DNA of 64,000 bases from Heptranchias perlo. Its lineage: Eukaryota. The position numbers were made by a program, and so were the translations under genes. The stretch lies in NCBI RefSeq assembly GCF_035084215.1, contig NC_090336.1:29326001-29390000 (forward strand). The letters are read 5' to 3'. Shown piece after piece: positions 27,245 through 40,632 of the stretch (position 1 is the first letter of the stretch; the number at the start of each line of letters is the position of its first letter). The notes under the pieces are model-generated. The model saw only the letters and a list, made by a program, of their open reading frames with translations, was not told where the DNA came from and did not search any database.

Positions 27245-29024
27245 TCTGTACAATGTGTCACAGCAAACAGCCAAGTATCATTAATGTATTTTCCTCCTCT
27301 TTTCTCTGTCTTTCTTAGTCTCCCTTTTTGGTATTTGATGAATATCCTCAAGTAAGTAAAAGCTAACAGGATTGTGAGATGTACCAGCACAGAACCTAGC
27401 TGAAGGAGATGGCGTTCCTCAGGTGTGAGCCCCCGCACCCCCTGCCAAACATGCGGAGCTTGCAGCCTGTGGTACACAACACTTCACACTTCTGATTGCT
27501 TGCTACAAAGTTGCAAAATAATGTTAATTCCCCTTAAAACATAACTTCATTAACACTTTACATTCTTCAGTGCAGGATACATTCGACAAGGCATGTGCTT
27601 AATGTAAGTTCAGTAACAGTTTCAAGTACCACGGACCCTACGAGTAAATAGAATACATTATAAAAAGGTTATTTAGCAATACACAACCAATACAATTCTA
27701 CCAGTAACAAAATTGGATTCAAGTTAGTTACAACATTTTTACATATTTCACAAATAAATTACCATAAAACATGCTTTCATATCCTAATATAAAACAAAAT
27801 GAAAGAACAAATATGGATTATGGGAATGAGCTATGGAATTGCACAGAACTTTAGATTAAAATAAATCTGAAATAAACTAAAAGCTTAAAAATTTACAATT
27901 TGTTTTCCACTGATGCATTGTAATATTCAAAATAAAAATAAAATGTAATTCTAATAATTTTTTACTCCACTCAACAAGCATGCAGGCTATACAACAATGT
28001 CAAACCACAGCCTGATGTCTACAGAGTTGCAGGCTGATGAGAAGCTATCATTAACCAACGGTTTATGTAATGTGTGCTATATGTCAAATCAAGGTCCCAA
28101 AGATTTTGTCATAGCCTCAATTCTTCACTAACTTATATTTACCAATGGATGTGGATGTTGTATAACTGTTTAACTAATCAGATTTACAACAAAGGATGGT
28201 GCCCGGCAGCAGTAGTCCAAGGCCAGGATGGCATTTAAGGGGTTAATCCTTTGCCTTTGAAACAAAAATCTTCAATTGCTTTTGAGGAAAAAAAAGCACT
28301 CCCAATGATGGTAAAGGGTTTACTTACCACTTATCTCCATTTTACACAACTACATGGAACAGTATTTTGGTAAAAAAATATATAAATATGAGTGGGGCTG
28401 GAAGATACATTGAGCTGGGCAACTGTCCTTCCATTCCTGGGTCCTGTGTTCAAATCTTAGCCAGACTAATGGGATGAAATTTTTTTGCTGATTGTAAGAA
28501 CTGAAAATTAAATGAATTTAGGTGATCTTAACCCCAGTTGCTAATGATTTCATGTCCACAGTAGAAAACTTTCCACATTTTGGCACCAAACTGTCACTTT
28601 AACAGGTCACAAGGAAAGGTCACTCTGGTGCATTAAGAGGTGTTTTTCTGAGGCCGGGATCAATGCACATTTTTGGGACACTGTGAAAGGTGCTTAACTC
28701 TGCTCATTTTCCATGCTACACCAACCCAAGGATGTTTGATTCAATAAATGGTGAAGACTATTAGAAAAACACCCTATTCCCCACTTTCCTCAATGAGTAG
28801 AAAATGCATCACTTCTCTCAAAAACTAAATAAGTTTCCATGGTTACTGTTAAACAAGTTTGTTTCTCATCCATAATGCAAGTCTTATTTGTTGTTATTAA
28901 CAAAAACAGCAGCAGCTCCCACGACGCCAAAGTAACTGTTCTTCTGACTTGCAAAATCCAAATGTACTTCTCTGGAATCTAAAGCAAAAGGATATTTTAA
29001 AACATTCAGTATAAAGATATCACA

Positions 29025-29330
29025 CAGGAGGCTATCGGAGAAGGTTCAAAAGTCTGCAATTGGCTTAAAATCTGGTTAGAATGGAGGAAACCGAAACATT
29101 TTTACACAAAGGGCTGTGAAAGTGTACAATGCACTACCAGCGATAGTGAAACAAAGCAGAAGCCGTCTCAATATTTAAGAATAGGTTAAATAGGGGTTGA
29201 AGGGTAGGGAAATAAAGAGATATGAGAACATGGCAGGCACTCAGAATTAGGACTAATGCTCATATGGAGGACAGACACCAACACGGACTGGTTGGGCCAA
29301 ACATTTCCATGTTGTAATCTTTATGTAATA
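29025..29330 (+). mobile_element. Old CR1 3' fragment
   Basis: Degenerate similarity to the CR1 3' end (tttttacacaaagggctgtg..., gctcatatggagg...acaccaacacggactggttgggcc). Confidence 0.6.
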
Positions 29331-29940
29331 AATAGAGATCACATTCTATTCTTCTTAGTTCACAAATAGAAAGTGCCTCAGTAAATTAAAGCATTAACAC
29401 ATACACTGCATTTGTTAACTTTTAATGGAAAATTCACATTTTGCAAGAAGCCTTTGCTTCATTTGGTCTGTTAGTATCAGCAACTTGAGATACATGCAAA
29501 TTATGTTCCCCCCTCTGGAATAATGCTCTCCTTTAGACAGGTTTGAATTTAAAAAGAAAGGTGGAAAGTTTACATTCATTTCTGCTTCTTCCTTCACCAA
29601 TTTAAGGCTACTCATAAGATATAACCATTGGTGTCAATTCAGAGTCACTCCTTAAATCCACATTGGTAAATACACCCAAAATCAAGAGCCCAGGGAGTAC
29701 ATTGGCTGCCCCCCACCCCCTTGGATGGATAAAGGAGGTGTTCGGAACAGTAAGATCAATGGGAAAAAATAAAAACAGTTTAGCACCAATCAAAAAAAGT
29801 AAAATACATTATAAATACAAAGCAGCATATGGGGCTGGTGGTTTATTCAAAATATCATGCCCATCCCAAAGACATAGGGCATGATTTTAACTTGGAGCCA
29901 GGAATTCAGCAGGTGGGTGCATTTGCGCGTGGGGAACATG

Positions 29941-30790
29941 GAATCATAGAAAAGTTACAGCACGGAAGGAGCCCATTCAGCCCATCGAGTCCGCACTGGC
30001 TCTATGCAAGAGCTGGTCCCATCTCCCCCGTTCTATTCCCATAGCCCTGCAATTGTTTTACTTTCAAATACTTATCCAGTTCCCTTTTGAAGGCCATAAT
30101 TGAATCTGCCTCCACCACCCTCTCGGGCAGTGCTTTCCAGATCCTAACCACTTGCTGTGTAAACAAGTCTTTCCTCATGTCACCTTTGGTGCTGTTGCCA
30201 ATCACCTTAAATCTATGCCCTCTGGTCCTTGACCCTTCCCCCAATGGGAACAGTTTCTCTCTATCTACTCTGTCTGGACCCTTCATGATTTTGAATACCT
30301 CTGTCAAATCTCCTCGCAACCTTCTCTGTTCCAAGGACAACAACCCCAGCTTCTCCAGTCTATCCATGTAACTAAAGTGCTCACTCCTGCAATCACTCTA
30401 GTAAATCCCTTCTGCACCCTCTCTAAGGCCTTCACATCTTTCCTAAAGTGCGGTGCCCAGAATTGGACACAATACTCCAGTTGTGGCCGAACCAGTGTTT
30501 TATAAAGGTTCATCATGACTTCCTTACTTTTGTACTCTATGCCTCTATTTATAAAGCCCAGGATCCCGTATGCTTTTTTAACCACTTTCTCAACCTGCCC
30601 TACCACCTTCAACAATTTGCGCTCATATACCCCCAGATCTCTCTGTTCCTGTACCCCTTTTAGAATTGTGCCCTCTAGTTTATATTGCCTTTCCTCGTTC
30701 TTCCTACCGAAAAGTATCACCACATTTTTCTGGGTTAAATTTCAGCTGCCACATGTCCGCCCATGCCACCAGCCTGTCGATATCTTCTTG
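29941..30790 (-). mobile_element. CR1 3' fragment inserted into the Harbinger derivative
   Basis: ORFs 30304-30723 and 30002-30367 (LYKTLVRPQLEYCVQFW; LEQRRLRGDLTEVFKI). Confidence 0.92.
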
Positions 30791-32239
30791 AAGTCAAGTG
30801 TGCGCGTTTAAATCTGCAATTGCAACTCGATTGCAGGCAATTATCTTTGCTTCCGGATCTCACATCTCTGAGCTGCACTGCGGGCCTACTGTACACCCGA
30901 ATGACGGGATTTAAAGCCCACTATTTAAAGGGCCAGTCCAAGAATGGATTTTGAATGGAGTCCAGGAAAGCAAAGGCTGCCCCTGGATTTAATGATGCCT
31001 CTCTGGATGTACTGTTGGCTGCAGTGAGAGTCAGCGGGGAGGTAATGTTTCCAAAGGATGGCAGGAAGAAACCTTGCTTTGTCATGAAAAATGCTTGGCT
31101 GGAGGTGGCAGAAGAGGTTAGGAACAGGAGCATGGTCAGTTCAGTGCAAGAAGTGCTTTAATGACCTAACCAGGTCAGAAAAAGTGAGTATAGTTGCTGA
31201 TTCTCCCACATCCTGTGTTGTTCAACAACCACCGTCCCCCTTCCCACTCTGTGTTGGCTCGCCTACCCCATCACATAACTCCTCACACTCACTTAAGTGT
31301 CAGCAGCAGCAACCATCCTTCACTGATTATGCACTTCCACAACTGCCCATTTATTCACCCACCACTGCCACTCACCCCAATCCTGATGCAATGTGACGTA
31401 TCTGTCTGATCGTCACCCTCTGATGCATTTCTTTTATGGTCAGCCTCACCCAAAGCAATGCATTCATTAGGTGAATACGTCATCTTCAGTCATTCACAGG
31501 TCTGTTCTTTTTCCCCTTGTAGGAGAAGAGAGTGCAAAACACAAGAGAGAGGAGCAGAACTGGAGGTGGCCCACCACATAGTGGAGGTGACAGATGTGGA
31601 GGAGGAGGCCATGGAAATAAGTCGTATCATCGCATGCCTATCCATCGGAGATGGAGAGACTGGAAACCCCCAGATGGCTGGTGACAGAACGTCAACATCT
31701 TTCAAACATACGATGAATTGATTTTATCAAATGTGCCAGACCTCAGTATGCTCATTGGAAAGATTGTAAATTTTGCAATGAATCATTAATATCAATTTCT
31801 GTTGTCTTCTCGGGCCTTCACGACGAATCAGCAGAAATGGAAGAAAGCGATTCCTCAGAGGAGCTCATTCCTTCAGAGGACACACAGCCATGCACCAGCG
31901 CTGACACTAGCATTTCAGTGGGCCCTGTTAGACAGTTAGTTGGGTTCTCATCTGGTGATTCACCAGTCACAAGTGAGCACAAGAAGACCGGTGGCAGGGG
32001 CAGCTATGGAGAGTCCGCGTGAGGGGGCACACTCCTCTCCAAGCTCAGCTCTGCTGGACATGGATGCTGAACTACAGGGGCCATCATTGAGAAGGAGAAT
32101 GATAGAGGTGCAGCAGCAACTTTGCGAGGTAATGGGAAAAGTGCCTCGCACACATTCAACAGCAGAAAAAATGGAGGAGTCCAACTCCATCGCTAGTAGA
32201 TTGGTGGCACAGGTAAGTGCAAGAATGTCTACGATGGAG

Positions 32240-32470
32240 AGAACATAAGAAATAGGAGCAGGAGTAAGCCATACGGCCCCTCGAGCCTGCTCCGCCATTC
32301 AATAAGACCAGGGCTGATCTTCGACCTCAATTCCACTTTGCCGCCTGATCCCCATATCCCTTGATTCCCCAAGAGTACAAAAATCTATCCATCGCAGCCT
32401 TGAATATATTCAATGACTCAGCATCCACAGCCTCTGGGGTACAGAATTCCAAAGATTCACAACCCTCTGC
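32240..32470 (-). mobile_element. CR1 3' tail fragment
   Basis: Starts AGAACATAAGAAATAGGAGCAGGAG (reverse of the CR1 tail) and interrupts the Myb-like exon. Confidence 0.85.
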
Positions 32471-33984
32471 AAGAGAATGGTAACCTCCATTGAGCATCAA
32501 ACAAGGCTCTCAAATGAGTCCATGCAGGCCATGACAATGGCCGTGTGCACTCTGAATGTCACCTTAAACAAGCAGACAGATACGTTAGCTGTGATCTTAC
32601 AAGGCGGCACATCTGCTCACCAACCTGCTGGCCAGCAGAGTGGTGGGAGTGATGTTGCACTGGCCTGGGAGAGAGATGATGGCAAAAGGGGACATGGAAG
32701 TGGGGACTCCACTCAAAGCACTCCCATCTCTCACCCATTGTTCCCCCCCCCAACCCCCAACCAGTACCCGCAATGCTGCCTCCTCTCCCGATGGCAGAGT
32801 CTGCCTCTGCACAGGTGCAGGTGGAGTAGTCTTTGGCGGGGCCCTTAAGGGCTCCAAAACCCAGAGGGCATGGGCCGAGAGCATCTCAGCAGTCAGGGCA
32901 GGTATCTGAGCAGCCTGCTACTACCTCTGCTGAAGCCACAGGGGATGCACCACGTAGAAGCGATTGAAAGAGAAAGGCTAAGCAATTGTAATTCACCAAG
33001 GGTATGCGCAAGGGTATGCACGAGCTGTCATGCTGTTAATTTATATATTTTTATTTATTTTTTGTTATGGAACATTAAATTTAATCATTATCACCACCAC
33101 TGCCACGTCTTGGCCATTGTTGAGTCCCATTTGTGAATTCGCCCTGTCATGTGCTTCATCATGAATGCCAAGACATGATGCCACTCATTAGGCGCATGTG
33201 CAATGGGTGTATGTGTGGGTGAAGAGCTATTTTGTGCAAAGGGAGAGGGGGATGGGTTGGTGATGGTGGTTGCTCCAGGCGGCCTGAGTATTTCAAAGTC
33301 TTCAATTTGCGCATCTCATTATGAGAACCTGTTAGAGATGAGGGAATCCCTGGCATCACAGGCAGCAACGTGCACGGCTGCTCTGGCAACGGGTTCCCCA
33401 TCTTCACCTTCCTCCTCCTCAGATGTACTGTGGAATAGATCCATTGTGCCCCCCTCACCATCCTGATCATGTCAGTTTGAGGGACTTGAAAACGTAGGTA
33501 AATTTGTCTGAACACAAGAATTCTCAGTCTCAACAAAGAAATCTCAATCTGAACACAAAGAACTCCCCGAGAACTGAGTGCCCTGTTGCAATACCTCACC
33601 TTTTATTGAGATGTGTCAATCACTAGTTTAAAGGGCCAAAAGAGCTTCGGCTGCAACTTGCCTCCGTTTCAATGGCGCGTTTCAGAAACCATAGGAGATA
33701 GGTTCAGGAATAGTTACATCCGTTTCTGTTGCAGAATCCACAAAAAGGTAAGTGCCTGAAGTGTTTCCGATAACTGAATTGGTCCTTTAAGTATCGGTCC
33801 ACCGGCTTTAAATGGGGACGGGACTTCTGGGTTTTTGTTGTGCGCACGCATCCGCACGTGCCTGGCTTAAACCCGGAAACGGCCGCTGTGTAGCCAGGAT
33901 GTGGTCCTGCTTCAAAAAGCTGCTCTTTTAACCTCCCACCATCCCCCAACCCACCCGTTCTTGGGGGTTAAAATTACCCCCATG

Positions 33985-34592
33985 CTATTTCCAAATCCTA
34001 TCCATCACTATGACTGCTTATTTCCACCTCTGTAACACTGTCTGCCTCTAACCTTGCCACTGAAATCCTTATCCATGCTTTTATCACCTCTAGACTCGAT
34101 TTCTTAATGTTCTCCCTGCCAACCTCCCATCCCCCACCCTCCTTAAACTCCAACCTGTCAAAAACTCTATCTCACACTGAATCCTGATTGCCCATTACCC
34201 CCCATCTCCTCAGGCCACATTGGCTCCCGAGCCCCCAAAACATTCACTCCTCTTCCTCATCTTCAAATCGCTCCAAAGCCCAATCCACTCTATCTCTGCT
34301 ATTTCCTCCAGCCTTACATCCCCTCCCATACTCTTCTGTCCTCGAAATTTGGTCTATTCTGAGACCACCCTCCCTTCAGCCCACCAGTGGTGGAAAGGTG
34401 TTCAGCTACCTTGACCCGACTCTCTCATCTTTAAAAACTTTCTCAAGCCCATCTTTTCATTCTAACTAGGACTCCTCTCCTAACTCTCCCTCCATGCCTT
34501 TGCATTTGTTCCTTTACCCATTTCTTTTTTAACTCCCTCCTTGCTGGGGGCATTTTTTATGTTAAAAGTGTTATATGAATGCAGGTTGTTGT
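33985..34592 (+). mobile_element. Ancient L2 LINE 3' fragment
   Basis: Degenerate IHAFITSRLD and ITP.L..LHWLP motifs; L2-type end tgttaaaagtgttatatgaatgcaggttgttgtt. Confidence 0.7.
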
Positions 34593-36507
34593 TCAATGGT
34601 TTAGCTCCCCAAATTACTGATCCCACTATTTATTCTACATGTAATGTGAAAATTATTCTCTATTGAAATGTTTTCCGAAAAGGATAGGATTGTGTAACAG
34701 CATAGGACACTTGAACAAACACATCCCATTCCCTTATTTTACTGGGCCATACATCAATGCTAGCCACCAGGGTAGCCAGGCAATCTACTCTTAGGCTACT
34801 TGATTTTGTTTGTATTTAGCAAAACTGTAGATTGTTTATGAGTTTTTACAGCTGAAATCAAATTGTACCCATATGTGATTGATCTTATTCAAGCTGTTAT
34901 TTTGTTGTTTCTACCGATGAGGAGATTAGAATACTGAGGTTAATACCTGACACTAATCTCAACAATTTAACTTTAAAAATCAGAGCAATATCTCTGAGCC
35001 ACCAGTTTTAAAACTATGTTTAAATATGAAAAAAAATCTGATTGGCTTAGGATTTTCATAAAACTAGAATTCCCTCTGTCGCTAATACTCAAGTCTGACA
35101 GTATAACAATGAATTGGAGTTGGCAATATATAGTTTGATGCCTAAAATAAAACATTCCATTTGCTGAATGCAAAGGAACATGCACAAGGGAAACTAAGCA
35201 AGAACTAAAAATTCACAAGTATGCTTTCCTATACAAATATGTGATTGGTAAGGCTCCATTGCTTTAGCTGCTCGTACACATTTCTTAAAACAAAATACTA
35301 TAAATCTGGTGCCATGATAACGGTAAGAATGCCCTTACCAGCAACAGTCTTGCACTTATCAGGACTGGAGATTATTTTTGTTTTTTTGATAGCTAAAAAA
35401 ATTGTTTAACGAACTCTAGTCAATCTCCTGTGACACTGCATACTGAGAGTCAAGACCAAGTATAATCTCCAGGTGAAAGGGGGGGATGACAGAGAGGTAA
35501 GAGGTGGAACACAGGAATAAGGGCGATGGTACCGTAAGATGCAAAGATCCAATAACAGACATATAAAGCTGCCAATCATCGCAAACAGCCCAGAACGGGC
35601 CCCGAGAATGAGCTGCAAGTTCAGAAGGGGCAGCCAGTCAGCGAGGAGCAGCACTGAACAACAGTCCAGTGGCCAGCCAGGGTAGAAATGGTGGCCAACA
35701 ACAGCCGTATGACCAAGGGTGGGGAACAGCCGCATCCAAGGAACAGGAGGGAAAAGGCAGACCACGTGATGCTGCCTCAAATGGGGTGCGGGGGTGGGGG
35801 TAGGGGGCTGTGACTGGCAATATGGTCCCTGAACCCGAGCATGATAGTGGCCTTAAGTAGCAGGGACCCAGTTCAGTGAGGGGGCCAGTCTGAACGACTA
35901 GGCGTATTTGTCTTCTTTGGCCTTGAGATTCCACATCACAGGATCCATTTCACACTTCCATGTCAGGAACCATAATGTATGACTTTAATTAAAACATTGA
36001 GACAATTTTCAATGTTTTAATTAAAGCTGTACACATTATGGCAACTATAGCAACCACATGCTTGGATAGCCATGCTGGTTACAGCTCCAACTTCTTCCAA
36101 CCCAAAAAAACAGAAGCAATTTTGGCTTAATTATTGGGAACTGCAGAACCTGTAAGGTTAAAACACTAAGGAAATAATACTAAGTGCAGCAAAATAAGTC
36201 TAAAAATTGTCTGCAGAGCTGAAAGCAAAGTTGCACAATATAGGAATTGTTGAAAGTTAATTTTTTTGAACACATTTTTAGCACTGTTTATCTTTCAAAT
36301 ATTGGTACTCATAATCATATGAATTCAAGATAATCACAGCTCCTTTCAATAATGTTTGAAAATATCAGTGTTACAAATTAAACTATGTGCATATTCTATA
36401 CATATATAGATGTATAATAAGATCTACTTATGGACCCCAAAAAATCTACACTTACAGTATCTATACACTTCAATGTAATGCGATCAAGTGAAAGGTTTAA
36501 CTTGCCA

Positions 36508-36824
36508 TCAAAATTGAAGCAGGAAACTCCGTTCTATAGGTGATGTGTTTGAACTTTTCGGAGTAACTTTAATCGTGTATTTCACTTGATCATCATCGGC
36601 ATTTGCAATGAAAGTTAATTCTGTGAACTTGAAATATGCATACTCGACGCAGTCTTCCATAGTCACTCCACTTTTGTCATTTGGCTCCATTATTGCCTGG
36701 CCTCTGTACCATTCTACCTTAATATCTTTTGGAAAATATGCCCTTATATAACAGCATAGAGTCACCTCCTTTCCTTGTTTAGGGCCTGAACAGCATATGA
36801 TTTTTGGTACAACAGGAGGGGTTC
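36508..36824 (-). CDS. Ig C1-set-like exon 5 (last), IgSF membrane protein
   Basis: Acceptor ttctacttcatttcag| in phase 1. (G)TPPVVPKIICCSGPKQGKEVTLCCYIRAYFPKDIKVEWYRG...ELTFIANADDDQVKYTIKVTP...PIERSFLLQF*. C1 hallmarks TLxC, FPxxIxVxW, YxxxV; F-strand Cys replaced by Ile. Confidence 0.85.
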
Positions 36825-37149
36825 CTGAAATGAAGTAGAAAAGACAAGTTTTGGTCATGCAATATATTAATTTGTGTACTAGCTTAGCGCACACTTCTTT
36901 TAATAGTACTTTTATACTTGACATTCATTCAGCATTGCTTTCAGTTTGTAATTCTTACAATTATCCAAAAATTAATATATACATTTTTTCGCTGTAATCA
37001 GGTTGTTAACCGTTAGATTAACAACAACTCCTGGAAGTTCAGGCTCCCCAGGGCCAACTATTGTTTATATACAAGTTTTTAGCTCACACATTAATATTGC
37101 AGTAATAAAGCTACTCACATTGGACTGGAGCTACTTAAAAAAAAACACA

Positions 37150-37535
37150 TTTCTCCTCTTCTGAAGCCACTGCCTATAATGGCAGAGAGTTCCACAGGCA
37201 CTGGCCACCTTCCAGTAATTCAACTAAGTGGATATTCTACACAAGTGCCCAAAGACAAAGTGGGGCAGTCTATTCATCTGTGGAGGGAATCATATCCAAA
37301 CCTAGTCACGTCCTTACCCAATGTCTACAAATGTAGAACTGCTAGCAGAGTCACCAGATAGTGATCAGGAGCAGGAACTCGAACTGATTTTCCCCCTCCT
37401 TAGTCCAGGTGCACTGAGGCCAATTGAAGTGCCCCAGTTGCTGAACCTCAACACAGATCAGAGATTGAACTTGGGTCCTTCTGGTCTCCATGGCTTAGTG
37501 CCATCTTGGATGGTGCCTTTACTGACTGGGCCATC
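37150..37535 (-). mobile_element. Ancient tRNA-derived SINE remnant
   Basis: Reverse complement starts GATGGCCCAGTCAGTAAAGGCAC...CCCAAGTTCAATC (A and B box like); strongly decayed. Confidence 0.45.
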
Positions 37536-37856
37536 GAGGAAATACATTAGGAAGTCATTTTAATACTGCAAGATTAACGCTATACTACAAAATCCTATTT
37601 TTCTTTTAAAAAATTATTTAACATGACCTTACTTGTCCAATTTCCCCTTCCCTCCCCCCACTCATTCTGTCATCTCCATTTTCTCTTTTTTCTACTATAT
37701 ATATATATCTAAAACATATATCCTGCTTTCTCTTTTTACTCTTTTGTTTTGTATTTTATCTTCATTGAGGTGAAGGAAATTAGTGCTGGAGAATGGTGTT
37801 AAGCATTTCCATGTGGAAGTTAGCAGGGTTAGATGGACAGTCAAGTTCCCAATAAT

Positions 37857-39519
37857 GGGCTCAATTTTAAAATGGTGGTGGGTTGGCGGGGGGCGGGGGT
37901 GGTGAAGGTGCACGTGGCAAACCCAAATTTAGAAAAAACTTACCTTTTCCGACACGATCGCAATGTAATTGATGGTGATTAAAGTTGTTTCCAGGTTTCG
38001 TGCCTGGCAGCCGGCCTGATTGATAGGCTGGCTACTGACAGGAGCTGCAACGCCGGTGGGTGGGGGGGGAGAGAAAGGGAGAGAGAGAGAGAGAGAGAGA
38101 CGTTATCTAGCGCTGGAACAGAGAGTGGAGGGCTCTGAAGATCGGTGGGGGGTGGGGAGAGAGGGGAAGGTCGGTGGGGGAGAGAGGAAGATCGGTGGGG
38201 GAGAGGGGAAGATCGAGGGGGGAGAGGGGAAGATCGGGGGGAGGAGAGGGGAAGATCGGGGGGGGAGAAGGGGAAGACCGAGGGGGGAGAGGGGAAGATC
38301 GGTGGGGGAGAGGGGAAGATCGGGGGGGGAGAGGGGAAGATCGGTGGGGGAGAGGGGAAGATCGGGGGGGGAGAGGGGAAGATTGGGGGGGGAGAGGGGA
38401 AGATCGGGGGGGGAGAGGGGAAGATCGGTGGGGGAGAGGGGAAGATCGGGGGGGGAGAGGGGAAGATTGGGGGGGGAGAGGGGAAGATCGGTGGGGGAGA
38501 AGGGGAAGATCGGGGGGGGGAGAAGGGGAAGATCGGGGGGGGAGAAGGGGAAGATCGGGGGTGGGGGAGAGGGGAAGATCGGGGGGGGGCAAAAGGGGAA
38601 GATCGGGGGGGGGAGAGGGGAAGATCGGGGGGGAGAAGGGGAAGATCGGGGGGGAGAAGGGGAAGATCGGGGGGGCGAGAGGGGAAGATCGGGGGGAGAA
38701 GGGGAAGATCGAGGGGGGAGAAGGGGAAGATCGGGGGGGGAGAAGGGGAAGATCCCGGGGGGAGAGTGGAAGATCGGGGGGGGCGAGAGGGGAAGATCGG
38801 GGGGGGTGGGTAGAGGGGAAGATCGGGGGGGGAGAGGGGAAGATCGGGGGGGGGAGAAGGGGAAGATCGGGGGGGAGAAGGGGAAGATCGGGGGGGAGAA
38901 GGGGAAGATCGGGGGGGAGAAGGGAAAGATCGGGGGGGGGAGAAGGGAAGATCGGGGGGGGAGGGAGTTCGGAGGGGGAAGAGGGAGATCGGGGGGGAGA
39001 GGGAGATCGGGGGGAGAGGGGGAGATCGAAGAGGGAGACATCAGGGGCTGAGAGGGACATCGAAGAGCGAGACGAGGACAACAGAGAGGGAGACATCGGA
39101 CATCGGAGCAGGGGGTGCAGGTGACATCGGTGGACATAGGTTTATTTAACTTTGTGCAATGGTTTTTTATTTAGTTTATTTCATTTATTTTTGTCTGATG
39201 TGGCCCTTCATGTCTGGTTTCACCAGGCGTGAATCGAAAGCTGTAAGAAAGCCGCCCAGATAAGTTTCAAATCGTTTTGACTATCTACTATGTCAGGAAT
39301 AAAGTACCTTAAGTACCTCAATGAGATACATTTGCTTCTTTAACTATCATCCCGCCGGCTTTAATTGCCAGTGGGATTTCCACATTTGGGAAGCGTCTGT
39401 GGAAACCTGGAAGTCGGCGGGTTGGGGCCGGCTTCCACACCCGCTCGGGATTTTCCCGATTTTCGTAGCCCCCACCCCCACCCCCAATGCACCCGCAATT
39501 TGATCTGAAAATCGGGGCC
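37857..39519. mobile_element. Harbinger-type non-autonomous element (MITE-like) with internal purine-rich minisatellite
   Basis: TIRs GGGCTCAATTTT and AAAATCGGGGCC; perfect 3-bp TSD AAT (37854-37856, 39520-39522); subterminal similarity to 41842-42090 and 33750-33981. Confidence 0.85.
38140..39050. repeat. G-rich minisatellite (GGGGAAGATCG(G)nAGA), about 21-bp unit
   Basis: Tandem, strand-asymmetric polypurine array with variable G-run length. Confidence 0.95.
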
Positions 39520-39850
39520 AATGTGTCTGAAACCCAGCCTCAAAACAGCACCCGGTATTCACCAGTGTGATATTTATCAATTTCCCCCCACCAATTATCC
39601 TGTGGCCTTTCTGACTGCCAGTGAAGAATTATGGATAGTCCCTATAGTGTGGGCTCATGACCACTATGAACTGAGTTTGGACTATCACTTATTTCACATA
39701 GAAGGTGCTCATTGCCAACAGAGGAGACTTTCATCCCATCACACAAGGGCACATTTGAACCCAAGGTAAAAGTTTAATATCTAATTCACTGCACTACTGT
39801 GCATCCTATTAAATGCCTATTATTAACATCAAGAAATATCAAAAGTTGTT

Positions 39851-40491
39851 GAGACTGATTTTCCCGACCTCTGCCTCCAGGGAAGACTCATTAACCGGGC
39901 ACAAAAGTTAGGAAAAAAGGGGCAGAGATCCATTACACTGGATCTCCCCTCCTTTCAGGTTGCCCTAGCGTTTCTAGGGCTAGCCCTGGGGTGGGGGGTG
40001 GGGGGAGGCAGAGATCGGCCTGTAACTATACTAAGTTCACATGTAAATGAGGCAGGAGGGAGTGCGCCTGGCCTGCTGACTATTTCTGTGATGTCCATGG
40101 GCACCCAGGTGCAAAGGCACCCAGGAAGCTGACAGTGAGCTTGCAGTTGGGCCCTCTTCAGATCAAAGTGCCTGGTAGGGGTCCAGCAGCAAGACACAGG
40201 ATTCCACAAGGTAAGTGACACATTGGATCTTCAGGCCTTGGAGCCTTCTGGTTACTGCTTCTCACCAACAGCCAGAGGCCCCAAGGCTACTAGCCAGGCC
40301 CACAGTGACCTCCCTTTTTTGCCAGTTCAAGGCCCTGCCAGGGTTGGGTCTCTGCCCGAGGTGCAATTGGGTCATGTAAATAGCCCAGAACACTAAGATC
40401 GATTGTAGCTCGGCCTTGACAAGCACAGCACACTTCGGGTGCACTGCTCTTATCCAACACTGGAGCAGAGGGTGTTAATAAAATCAACTCT
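39851..40491. mobile_element. Possible old Harbinger-type MITE
   Basis: Ends GAGACTGATTTT and AAAATCAACTCT resemble the GGGNNNGATTTT TIR class; flanks GTT/GTC; GC-richer than its surroundings. Confidence 0.4.
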
Positions 40492-40632
40492 GTCATCTCT
40501 TCCAGCCCAATACAATATTTCTCTTACACATATTCAGATTGCATAGTCAAATAAGAAGAACCAATTTCTCAGCAAATCCATCTGTATTTCAGATATTTAA
40601 GATAAAGCAAACAACTGAAAATTACCCCTTAC

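Larger units (their letters stand above)
29877..33981 (+). mobile_element. PIF/Harbinger deletion derivative retaining a decayed Myb/SANT gene
   Basis: Imperfect TIRs GGGCATGATTTTAAC and GTTAAAATTACCCCC; flanks ATA/ATG. ORF 30955-31161 (KAAPGFNDASLDVLL..VR...KNAWLEVAEEV) and 31850-32950 are homologous to the Myb gene at 43855-45738. Most of the transposase is missing. Confidence 0.8.

Noticed and set aside
27260-27477. Minus-strand hydrophobic stretch followed by KYQKGRLRK, resembling a second TM exon
   Set aside because: No convincing polypyrimidine acceptor or donor, it lies past the stop at 36508, and it has no similarity to the real TM exon beyond KYQK.
29608-29793. Possible terminal cytoplasmic exon ending VISYE*
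   Set aside because: The pyrimidine tract at about 29760-29780 is not followed by an AG, and there is no recognisable motif.
35406-35934. ORFs of 124 and 98 aa in a GC-richer patch downstream of the Ig gene
   Set aside because: No recognisable domain or splice signals; probably an old unclassified repeat.
38020-39137. Gly/Arg-rich and Pro-rich ORFs in five frames
   Set aside because: Low-complexity G-rich minisatellite inside a MITE; stop-free because of its composition.
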